Of a stretch of DNA of 64,000 nucleotides, positions 27,051-39,299 are shown piece after piece. Below the pieces are notes generated by a model. The model made no database searches. It was not told where the DNA came from and saw only the letters and a list, made by a program, of their open reading frames with translations. The position numbers and the translations under genes were made by a program. Numbering within the stretch: position 1 is the stretch's first letter; the number at the start of each line of letters is the position of its first letter. Source of the stretch: Octopus vulgaris (lineage: Eukaryota); the NCBI GenBank assembly GCA_951406725.2, contig OX597825.1, positions 40,796,001 through 40,860,000 on the forward strand. The letters run 5' to 3'.

Positions 27051-27403
27051 CGAGGGGCTGCTGAAAAGTTCTTGGCTTTTGGTAAAAGAAAATACAAGAG
27101 GTTCAACTGAATATGATTTTATCCAGTACAAGCAAACCAACTCCCGTCCAATGGACGGTGCTGAGTTGTCATACATATCAAATTTGAGCGCAATTAGATG
27201 GAGGATGCCCGAGATCCTAAAAGACACACACACAGACCTAGAGAATGGATTTTAAATAATAGATATGCCCCTCTCAGATTCACAGACTTATTGCAGCGGT
27301 CCTTCAATTTTTTCTAAGCCCTGTAAAAGAACACGGATGGTTGGGCCTTCAGCCAGGCTTTACCCGACACCGTTAAAGCGATGAACTTTTAAGCACGCCC
27401 TCG
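27051..27403. mobile_element. Mariner-derived MITE with TA TSD
   Basis: TA|CGAGGGGCTGCTGAAAAGTTC ... GAACTTTTAAGCACGCCCTCG|TA. Confidence 0.8.
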
Positions 27404-27493
27404 TATGTAACTCTAATTTTGATATTCAACTGCTATTTTCTGTTCCCTGTTTTGTCCTTAGATACTGGCTATATGTACAATTAGAAATAAACT

Positions 27494-27742
<249 letters not shown>

Positions 27743-27781
27743 GTATGTATGTATGTATATATATATATATACATACATACA

Positions 27782-27845
<64 letters not shown>

Positions 27846-28128
27846 TTGCTTAAATACAGAAAAAAGTGACTAATTAGACAAACTTACAAATTAGCTGAAC
27901 AATCTTGAACAATAAATTTAAAAGATGAGAACTGTGAAGTGTGATAAATTAGAAGAACTGGCATTCTTTGCTGCAATGTTTTAAGTAAAAAGTTTCTTAT
28001 TCTTTACCTTACTACAAGTAATAGCTTGTCCTATATTTTACAGGTGTAATAAATTGATTTGCACTTTTCCAGGTTTATAATCTTAAGAATATTATTTTTC
28101 ATGCTCGCATTTTCGCATGTAATATACA

Positions 28129-28211
<83 letters not shown>

Positions 28212-28214
<3 letters not shown>

Positions 28215-28409
28215 GACGCCATGATAAATCGTTAGCTCCTACACGCATTTTTTTCTCTCCTTGTTTTTTTCTATGTATCTTTCTGTCTAAGAGCGTAGGC
28301 TCGAAACGTAAAAGACTTTTTCTATTTCTATTCCTGAGCGCTATACTAATACATTTGTTTGTTCGTACTCCACCTGCCTCCGTCTTTTGTTTATTTTCGA
28401 AAACTTTCC

Positions 28410-28412
<3 letters not shown>
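28212..28412 (+). mobile_element. ~200-bp (TA)n-flanked insertion with a degenerate minimal hammerhead
   Basis: TCTTT-CTGTCTA-A-GAGC-GTAG-GCTC-GAAAC-GTA-AAAGA (28278-28315): helices I and II perfect, core CTGANGA altered. Confidence 0.6.
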
Positions 28413-28501
<89 letters not shown>

Positions 28502-28508
28502 TTATAGG

Positions 28509-28545
<37 letters not shown>

Positions 28546-28924
28546 ATATATATATGGCTATTGATACACATTCTGTGCCCAATCAGTATTTGCAAAGAGA
28601 AGCCATCCTTCCCATCTTTCACCTATGATACACACGGACGCGAGTTTCTGGGTATGTATATATATATCCTTAAATCTTTAAATATGTTTTAGCCCGAAGG
28701 CCGCGGCCATATATATATATTGAGAAGATTTTTTTCTCAAACAGTTAAGATTGAGAAAAGAACTTTTTTAGAAAGTCGAAAGACACTAACATTTGGGAAG
28801 AGATTTCACAAAATGAGTCTGGGTTTTGCTTTTATAGATGTGCAAGCGCATTCACCTCTTAACAACGATTTCAAGCACGTATTATTATATATAGTGGAAG
28901 TTGTTTTCAATAACATATGTGTGT

Positions 28925-29137
28925 GTATCTATGTATTTGTGTGTCTGTGTTTGTCACCTTAACATCGCTTGACAACCGATGCTGGTGTCTTTACCTACCC
29001 GTAACTTCGCAGTTCGGCAACAGAAGCCGATAGAATAAGTATTAGTCTTACAAAGAATAAGTCCTGGGCTCGATTTGTTCGCCTAAAAGCGGTTCTGTAG
29101 CATGGCGGCAGTCAAATGACTGCAAAAAGTAAAAGAT
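28925..29137 (+). mobile_element. SINE family A, 3' half
   Basis: CATCGCTTGACAACCGATGCTGGTG..GCAGTCAAATGACTG..GTAAAAGA. Confidence 0.85.
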
Positions 29138-29159
29138 AAAATAATAAATGAATATATAT

Positions 29160-29236
29160 ATAATGAGATATATAGTGAGATAGATAGATAGATATATAGA
29201 TAGATAGATAGATAGTTAGATAGATAGATGGATAGT

Positions 29237-29312
<76 letters not shown>

Positions 29313-29433
29313 CAGGCACACACAGATACACAGTTATACATATATATTTATATATTTATATATATACAGAGAGATAGGGGGAGAAAGAAGGAGGGAGAGA
29401 GAGAAAGAGGGAGAGAGATGGAGAGGGACAGAC

Positions 29434-29464
<31 letters not shown>

Positions 29465-29465
29465 G
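29160..29465. repeat. (GATA)n and (GA)n microsatellites
   Basis: Direct inspection. Confidence 0.95.
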
Positions 29466-31181
29466 ATACTGCAGAATGATGAAGAATATACATTTAGAGA
29501 TTCTAGGCTTCAAGTAGACAATCGGATTCAGGTTGTTATTTATAAATGTTCACTTGCTATTATGTTTACCAATGTTCCATTTATTATAGTCTAATATATC
29601 AATCTGAATTTTTCATGGTCATATAGTGTGACATCAATCAAATGGAATCTATGATTTCCTAAAGAGATAAATTTACTTCAAAGTGTTGAATATCTATCCG
29701 TATAGATAACGTAGTTTGTTCATTTGTCTTGTCTCGTTTCCTTTTGTTTGTATTTTTTAATCTAATACATTAAAGTGTTAAAAATACATCAAAATATTTA
29801 AAAAATATGGTGCTGAAACTTGCATTTATTTCATATTTCCAATATAATAATTTGAGAAAAAAGTATTGATTTACCAGAAATAGTTATGAATACGCTAAAT
29901 AGCATTCCTGTCTTCATCCAGTTACTAATGAGTTCCGGCACTCAAATACACGAATATTCTTCAGATCTTGCTGCAACTATTGATGAAAGTACCAGAAACA
30001 CATTTTAAAGATCACTAACATTTGTTTCCTTTGTCTATAAATATTATTTAAGTTTATGTTTGTAAAGTGTATACATGAATGCGTATACACATATACGCGG
30101 TTCAGTACCATATTATCCAATAATAAATTTAATTTGATGCTTTTTGGAGTTATTCAAATAACATATATTTTGAATTCATCTTCTGAAAGGGATAAGTAAA
30201 TTATCGTTAAATATGCAGATTATCCGTTACTTCAAGATTAGGTGTATAAGCACATGTGTTTTTGAGAGAGCGTATTTCATGGTGTAAATATAAGTGTGCA
30301 TTACACTTTCCTTGATATAATTTCAATTAATATATTTGTTTGATCTGTGATTAATACAGGGTGCATACTGTGTAATATTGCGTCTAACAAAATAAAGACA
30401 AATAAATAAAATAAGAATATCCGGGATAGGTTTGTATTCGGTTATTCAATCAAATACGAAATGGGATGTTTGATAGACCTTGTCATTCGCGTATAGTCTA
30501 ACTATTTAAAGATAGGTTGTACAATGTATGGAGAAGGTGCAAAATTGGCAAGTGGAGCAAAATGAGTAATTTCTGATTTCTTGTTGAGATGTGACTAATT
30601 TCAATTTCTTCTCTATAAATGCATGGTGCATAAATTTATGAGGAAGAGAACCACTCCAGTAGATCGTGAATAAGCCATAGAAAATAACGTCAGTTAAGTT
30701 TTTTGATCTAGTCTAGTTTCGTTAATTTCATATCATGTACCAATCTTCCATGACCCTCTTTTAATTTGACCAAAATATTTTATATTTTTGTTGCGTTTTT
30801 AACCTTTCTGATGTCCGTCTGAAAATGGATATTGATGTGAATCAGCCCCCTCCCCTTTATTTTGTTTTGCAAATATAGCTCTGGAGAATGAAAAGGCAAA
30901 TTTACCCTATTTTGTTTCGCTCATCTTGACCCGTCTAAATTTGTCGTTTATATGCTCTAAGAGAACGGAAATAATTTTATGAAATAGCGTACAGATTGTT
31001 AAAATGTTTTAAATGCATTTAGAGTAGATTATTTGCTTATCTGATGTAGCCTTTGTAAGGTAGTAATCATTTATAAAAAATATATATTTTGTCTCAAAGT
31101 CAAAAATGCAATAAATCTTCACTGTGACCCGTTCCTATAAGATTTCATCGGCTACCATCATTAAGACAATGGATATTTCTG

Positions 31182-31228
<47 letters not shown>

Positions 31229-31744
31229 CTCACGCAGCATTCTTCACGCTGTCGTTAAACAGGAACATCGAATAGTTACTTCGTTGGCCTATTCAAGAGT
31301 GGGAATATTACAAAATTGTAGTACGGAGACGATGCAGTCAGCTTGTGTTTTTTAAAAGCCCACAGCTGACTTCTGTCGTCTACTATCTGTTTTACATCTG
31401 CCTTCACAGCATACGTCCCGGATAGATCTTTAGATGAGACTTCCATCTAAATATCTGCAAGTGCACTAAACAGTAGCTCATTTTACACACACATTATCCT
31501 ATTGCAGATCATTAGGAAAGCGACTTCCTTCCATTTGGCAAATATGGTGAACCAATCCAGGAATCCTCTTCGAGCATTAGGACATGGTTTTAGATCATGC
31601 TTAACCGAAGACATCGTAGTCTGTAACCATGCATTCCCTTTTGAAGTTCAGGATTAGGTGTTATCATTTCGCGTGACCTGCTACTTATTTTATTTTGACC
31701 CATGTTTGATATATGCCACCTTAGTTACGTTTATAAATATCATA

Positions 31745-31781
<37 letters not shown>

Positions 31782-31830
31782 ATATACGTACATGTAAATG
31801 TATACACCCCCACACAGATACACACACACA

Positions 31831-32037
31831 CAGTTGGCAGAATCGTTAGCACACCGGGAAAAATGCTTAGCTGCATTTCATCAGTCTTTATGTTCTGAGT
31901 TCAAATTCTTCCGAGGGCAACTTTGCCTTTCATCCTTGTGGGTTCTATAAAATAAGTACCAGTAAATACTGGAGTGGATGTAATCGACTTACCTCTCCTC
32001 CGAAATTGCTGGCCTTGTGCCAAAATTTGAAATCAAT
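31831..32037 (+). mobile_element. SINE family B
   Basis: TGGCAGAATCGTTAGCACACCGGG..GTTCTGAGTTCAAATTC..CTTTGCCTTTCATCC..AAAATAAGTACCAG..GGCCTTGTGCCAAAATTTGAAA. Confidence 0.8.
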
Positions 32038-32619
32038 ATGTCAGGGATGCAAGCTTGATAAAATTTCCAATTGATTATAAGTTTAAGATTTCTATTCAGT
32101 TAGACATTATTACTTATTCGTGTCATCACAATAGCTGCTTTAAAATTCGTGAACTATTGATAGCATTCATTGTTGGTTATGATTGTACTGTCTATCTGAT
32201 GATGACCTCTAGTTTAACCGGAAACAGAAGAAGGGTCAGGATTAACTTGTGTCGTAAGCTTGGTATTTTATTTTTCATACAATCGATTAAGGTTAACTTT
32301 CTACATGCGTTGAATAATTGATCTATGTTGAAATTACGTCTCTCGTGTGTGTAAACAATAAAGGCATCAGCAACTAGAATTTGCATTTCCTCGACGAAGA
32401 AGCATGTTATTTTAGAATTAGCGCAACGGCCGATTACTCAGTACAATTTAACGTAAGTCGGACGTATTTCAATATATACATATGAAGGCGCTCAATAAAC
32501 GATTGACTGACAATAAGGAACTGATGTTAGTTCAGTACGTGTGTTGATTATAATTTGCGTAATGATCCTCTCAAGACAAATATGGTTTCTTTAAATACAC
32601 GAATTCACATCATCAATAT

Positions 32620-32670
32620 TGATAGATAGATAGATAGATAGATAGATACAGACAGACAGACAGACAGACT

Positions 32671-32743
<73 letters not shown>

Positions 32744-32752
32744 ATAGACAGA
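32620..32752. repeat. (GATA)n/(GACA)n microsatellite
   Basis: Direct inspection. Confidence 0.95.
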
Positions 32753-33469
32753 CGTTAAATATCACAAATCACTGTGTTTCCAGAATCGTATCCACTTCGG
32801 ATTTTGCAGAAGCATATGGTACAAAGAAAACCTTTACTTTACATGCCTACATATATTTATAATATTATTTTTTTTATTGTATTTGGTGATGCATTTCCAT
32901 GCATGTTGCCGATATTCTCTCGTAAATGTCAAATTCTTAATATCGGCATTCGTGAGGATGATATACACGAAGACATGCATGCAGCATTACTAGTACGTTG
33001 CCCAAAAATAAAATCGGGAATGCAAATGAATGAAAGATATATACGGTACAAGCAGCCAGTGTGAAGGTTGTATGTAGAGTGTCTTATGTATGAGTATTGC
33101 GGCGATAACATGAAGGAAGAATAGACAGTATGAGTTTCGGGAGTACATGTAGTTACTTTAGTGTATATCTAACAGTGACAATCACGTGTTACTTCAAAAT
33201 TGATTTGATTGGTAAGAAGAATGTTCAAAATATGTGCGATGTAGTATAAGGAGAAGAGTCTAATTTCAGGTTTTGGTAGCACATATTACGTAGTTGCATC
33301 TGTATGGTTTATATTTCAAGCAGAAATCGGTCGCATTTGATTCTCTTGACGCATGAGGTTGTGGTTACATTAATTTTAGAATCTAAACAAACCAAATATT
33401 TTTCAAGCTTACCATATACTCAGGTACAGTTGCAAATTTAAGCCAGTTTAAATTATTTCTAAGCTATCC

Positions 33470-33680
33470 TTTATTCTTCATCTGTTTTTCGGTCTTAGAC
33501 TGCGGCCATGCTGTGGCACTGCGTAGAAGAACTTTTAGTTGAATGAATCAACACCAAAACTTATTTTATTAATCTTATTCCGTCGGTCTCTTTTTCCGAG
33601 CCACTAAGTAATGAGGACGTAAACAAACTTGTATCGGTTGGGAAGCGGTGATGTGGGACAAACACAAGACACACACACTC

Positions 33681-33745
<65 letters not shown>

Positions 33746-34145
33746 TTCTTGTATTCTTTTACTTGTTTCAGTTGCTTGACTGCGGTCATGCTGGCGCACC
33801 ACCTTAAAGTCTTTTAGTCGAAGAAATAGACCCCAGGATTTATTTCTTTGTAAGTCAAGTACTTATTTTATCGGTCTCAATGGCCGAACCGTTAAGCATC
33901 GGATTTCAAGCGATGGCAGGGGAAAGGGTCAAACATGTGCATACATACATATACATAAGAAGTCCGTCGTATATATATGTATACACGACGAGCTTCTTTC
34001 AGTTTCCGTCTACCAGATCCACTCAGAAGGCTTCGGTCGGACCGAGGCTATAGCAGAAGACACATGCCTAAGGGGCACTGAACCTGGAAATGTCTTAGTG
34101 GGAAGCAAGCTTGATACCACACAGCCACACCTGCGCGTGCGTATA

Positions 34146-34216
<71 letters not shown>

Positions 34217-34449
34217 TAACATATAGTATAATTATAAATAGGGCAAATTTTAGCCATTTCTCCGCAGGCTGAAAAAATAATTTTACATATATATATATAC
34301 AACTTTCAGTTTCCGCCAACCAAGTCCACTCATAAAACTTTCGTCGGCTGGAGGCTATATAGGAAGACACTTACCCAAGGTGCCACGTAGTGGGACTGAA
34401 TCCGGTACCATGTGGTTGAGAATCTTACTATATAGCCATGCTTACACCT
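33470..34449 (-). mobile_element. SINE family A cluster: 3' half (33470-33680), whole copy (33747-34135), 5' half (34303-34449)
   Basis: Each segment matches the reverse complement of the corresponding part of 40977-41400. Confidence 0.8.
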
Positions 34450-34485
34450 AAAAAAATATATGGAACGCTTCACGGATCTGCGTGT
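34450..34485 (-). pseudogene. RNU6: U6 snRNA 3'-terminal fragment
   Basis: Minus strand ACACGCAGATCCGTGAAGCGTTCCATATATTTTTTT versus the conserved U6 3' end ACACGCAAATTCGTGAAGCGTTCCATATTTTT (2 substitutions). Confidence 0.85.
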
Positions 34486-35098
34486 GGATGCTTATAATTT
34501 GACGAAGAATTTAAAGACTATCATCATTGTCTAAATTTTAGCATTAATTATCAATACTTAGACGAAATCATATTACATAACACCAGAATTCCGTAAAAAA
34601 TAGTTATATGTTGTGTATGTACAAATTTAGTCAAACATTATATTTTTTCTCTAGAGCCAGCAATTTTCATGAAATAGAATATGATTCGTGCTAAAAAACT
34701 CTTTAGTAAACAGACGTGTTGAATATAAATTAATGCATACAACTGAATTTTCCGGTCGAAAAGCGATTAGAAATCTTGTCCTAAAAATATATTATAAAAC
34801 GATGCAGAGTACAATAACAATATCGTAGCCGACAGCAGCGTAAAGTCAGGTAGCGGAAACATTAAAGCTAGCAACAGACTACTACAGATGCGTTCTCTAA
34901 TAGCCCACGGCACTTCATATGAAGTTAAAATCTTGGTTTGAACGAATAGATGAATACCAAAATTCCTTTACATGTAACAGGAAATAAAACATAAGAAACG
35001 GCAGAAAATATTAACGTCAAAGATAGGTCATAAACAACTGGATGGAGGGAAATAAATACACCCATATGAGAGTAAGACAACGCACAAAGTTTTTAATG

Positions 35099-35467
35099 GG
35101 TACTTTTTGGTCATCTCACCCCATTAAAAAAATGGGTTATCTCCCCACTAAAACATCGAGTAAATGTGGCAATAAGATATTGGATTAAAAGAGTTAGATC
35201 TTTTTGATTCAGTACTCCAATACACTGTTGACGTTTGGCCTCCTCAATAGGCATGGCATGATTTGTTATAAAAATATTATCAGATTCAAAATAATGTTTC
35301 ATCTGCTCACTTTTTATGTTTATTGATGTTTTCATCTTTTTTATTTGTGTTTTTGAGGGTTAAACAATTCTTGAGTTGATGGAGATAACCAAAAGTACCG
35401 ATACTTCTCGTAAAACGGGAGGAGATAAACCAATTTTTTAATGGGTGTGAGACAACCAAAAAGTACT
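35099..35467. mobile_element. Non-autonomous DNA transposon with ~46-bp TIRs and 8-bp TSD (Merlin-like)
   Basis: Left GGTACTTTTTGGTCATCTCACCCCATTAAAAAAATGGGTTATCTCC; right end reverse complement AGTACTTTTTGGTTGTCTCACACCCATTAAAAAATTGGTTTATCTCC. TTTTAATG at 35091-98 and 35468-75. Confidence 0.8.
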
Positions 35468-36847
35468 TTTTAATGTACTGATGTATGTATTAGTTAGGCA
35501 AATATGAATGGGACATAATGAGGATACACTCGTGAGATTGAGCCTATAACCTTAGAAATTAAATTGTCATAGATTTAAGCTTCTGAACTGAACGCTACAA
35601 GATGTTAGCTAGATATCTACATGAATTCTGAACTGCTGTTGTTACTGGAAATTTCAAGTTCAATGAAAGTATAGATTAGAAAAAACCCGCCAACTATCTG
35701 TCATACATGAATATGAAATCATCATTAGGACAGCTAATAAAGTAGGAGAGAAACGGGAACCAAAACTGACACTGACTACTCTCCAAGTAACATTAGAATT
35801 TATTAGTTAGCACCGCAAATGTAATGACAAATACACATGCCAATGAGAAAGGTGACATGGCAAAAGAAATGAAATTCAGCAATAGATAGGATAAAACACT
35901 CTAAGCCTTTTATATGGTCTACCATAAAACATAATAATCCATCTTGAGATTTACCTCTGCGCAATCCAAAGAAGGAAATCATATAATTTCCATGCGAAAA
36001 TAAAAGCGTCAGCTTGCAAAACTAAATGAGCTAAGCATAACCTAATCTGAAAGCATTAGCCGCAACATAGCAACGGTAAAAATATGACCCTACCTAAGAG
36101 GAATAATGTGGTAATTTTAGAATAGTTTAAAAAACTTTCAACCGCATTTATATACGAATTAGTGGTAACTAAATATAACACAAAAATATTCAAAAAAGAA
36201 CATATTAGATTGTTGTTTGGGACTATACAACAAACAAAACATAATATTGTAAAATTCATTGTCTGCAAGACGTTAATAATGTTAAAAAATACGGGAGGAA
36301 AAAAGACTTCCTTGTATCTTTTATGAGGAATCTGCAAACATTGTAAAGAAATTACACCTTCAGCTTTATACACATTATTAATAAAGCAGAAGACTATGTA
36401 CAAACCCAATTTGATCAAAGACTTGCTGGACTTGCATTCTTGGATAGTAAAATTCTGCAATCTCCTTCAAAGTTAAAGGGTGAAAATATAACAAAAAGAA
36501 TGGTGCGGTTTTTTAATATATTTTCTTTACATCCTCACCAACGAGTCGAGCGGTCGAAACTCAAACTAAAAGTCCGATCGAGAAAAAACACACATTCATA
36601 AATACACAATCTAAATTTACTCCTACACATATATTTTGAAGTGAAACAAGCTGGTTGTTTATAGTGTATTCAAAAGTTAGTGTCTAGTTTGATATTATAG
36701 CCACAAACCATTCAGAGAGTTTGTTTGCACTCTTCTTATTTATAGGTTTTCATTCACTCGTACACGTTTTACCGATTCACTTATAGTTGGAAGGCTGTTT
36801 GTTTAGTTAGCTTATGTTTTGTTTACAGAAATCCATTTAGTTTCCAG

Positions 36848-37236
36848 TTCATCATGATCATTATCATCATCATCATAATTATCATCAGGACTGTAGTCAT
36901 GATTATCACTACCATCACCACCGCCACCACCACCACCACCCTCACCACCACGACCACAATAACTATCATTATTGCCATCGTTGTTGTCGTTGTAGCCAAA
37001 GTTACTAAAAATCCTATGAACCAAATTAGAAATACCAATATTAACAACATCACTATCACACACTGCCATTCATTATCATTATTATAAATCTCCTCTATAA
37101 ATCTTCCAATTATTGTCACTTCAGCTAAGCCATAGCTTACCACCACTGCCAGTGACATTTGTGTCGGGATCATCTCCAACACCACCATCATCATAATCAT
37201 CATCAACGTCATCACTATCATTAACGTCGTCATCAT
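36848..37236. repeat. Degenerate (CAT)n/(CAC)n trinucleotide low-complexity tract
   Basis: Direct inspection. Confidence 0.85.
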
Positions 37237-38049
37237 GAAATAAGCAGGATCTTGTGTAGTGATTCATCAGGATAATCTTGTAGTAATTAGTGAAAGGAGC
37301 TGAGTTAATAAACCTGATGTGTGCTCATCAAGTGGCCGGGGAGCACATTTTATTCACTTTCGAATTCAGAATAGTAAAGGTCTTTCTTGTTGCGAAAAAA
37401 CATAGTTATAAGACACTGCATCTCTTTAGCAAAAGCTACAACGTTTTGGGCAAGTTGATAGTTTCCAAGAGACAAATTTATCACTACAGACTACTTTGTT
37501 TGTATGTGATAAGCAAACACTAAGTCAGCAGGCTGAAGAGAATCAGCAATTTGTCAAAACTAAAAATGTGATTCTTAAAAGAAATCCTTTCTTGAGGGAT
37601 GGAAATTTGGCAGCGCATGCAAACATGTGAGTTTATCCGAAATTGCACGGCTTTGCACACATACTGATTTTTAGACTTTACTTCTATGTTATTTACGCAT
37701 TAAAGTGAGCAAGTGAGCGTATTATTAAACGGAAAATCGAGAGAGTTTTTAGAAACTGAAAATACTCTTTTTTTGCCTTTATTTTTTCGATTACACAATA
37801 TTATTGAAACATATTTAAAACATTGTTGATTTCTTGAAAGTATTTTCCACTAACCATCTGATTAAAACAGAAATGAATCCTAGAGAATAACCGAACTGAA
37901 TTAAAGATTCGTTCAGAATCAGATTTTTACCCACGAAATGTCCGTCTCCATATTAAATACAAGCGAATGGCTCTTAGTTAAAAAAAAAAAGCACACGGTG
38001 TGCACTGGATACAATTAATCGTTAGCGTACGGCAAGTAACTTTTCCCGC

Positions 38050-38123
<74 letters not shown>

Positions 38124-39299
38124 ATATGTTGATTTCTGCATCAAGTAGATAAAGTCTTCCCAAGAGATTATACAATTCAGAATTTCTTATAAATTTTCCT
38201 TGGATTTAAGTGTGAGAAAATTCACTCGCTTGAAACTTCCACTACTCATCGTTTCATTTTTGTTTATTTCTCTCCCTAAATGCAAACTGCACCGTTAAGT
38301 ATATATCTTTCACTTCAACTCAATGTTCATGAGAATATATTTTTCTTTCAAAGTATAATTCCCACACTTAAGCAAAAGTTAATAGGAAATAATTTTTTTG
38401 TCCACAGTGAATGCACAGATTTTTGTAAGAACTTATTATTTATATTAATGTTAATATCAACAAACCTCGTCATGACCTGGAATTCTCCCGTTCTGCAGCC
38501 AGTTGCGATACATGTCTGCTACGAAGCTCTAACAAACAAGTCTGGCATGTGCAAGTAATGCACGGAGAGCAGATAATTTAAATCAGGCGATTTGCCCCCA
38601 CTCCCTGCAACCCATCATCACATCCAGTATTTTTGCAGCTGCTATCGACATTTCGCAACGCTCCCCGCCTCCTTTTCTAGATTTGTGGTATGCTGACGAG
38701 ATAGGCATTGAAGTCCATCTGCATTCCGAACTGCCATTCGCCCCAAATAGCTGGGCTGTTGAAATGCCGCGCACATCTGGTAGGACTCGAGTACCATGCC
38801 CACAATTTGGTCCACCAAAGACTGAATTGTGGCTTTGTAGCCACATGGCACCTGTGTTACCCCGGCTTTCGTTCCCTCGTTTCTAATAGCACACGCCTTA
38901 GCTCTGAAGTGCATCCTTAGCGTTGATGAATTGGTCCAGGGCCGATCTCGTTACCAGTACGTCAGTTGCAATGCCTTTCCTAAGTGCCACTTCTAAATTT
39001 CTAAGTTTCACTCTATATTATTCCGTTCTGTTGATAATGATTTACAAAACCTACTCTAAACACCATTTGTTGTTGATGATTGAACTCTTCAACGCCCGCT
39101 TAACTAATATGATGGTGGTGATGATGCTGTTGCTGTTGTCTGTGCTTCGTTTCTGGGCCACATCAAGTAGTGGTGGGAATGAAATGTCATAACGGCTGTT
39201 CCAACTGCCTTCGTTTCCCGCGATTTGGGAGGCGATATTGATAATTTTGTCTTAAAATATTAAATTTGCAATTTTAATTTTCTAACTTGTCCCTCGGAA

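Noticed and set aside
31327-31381. SECIS element reading of the hairpin
   Set aside because: It lacks the ATGA/GA quartet on either strand.
32196-32240. CTGATGA...GAAAC...GTC
   Set aside because: No helix I or helix II pairing; chance co-occurrence.
36812-37236. Gly/Asp/Met/Ile-rich ORFs
   Set aside because: Products of degenerate trinucleotide repeats.
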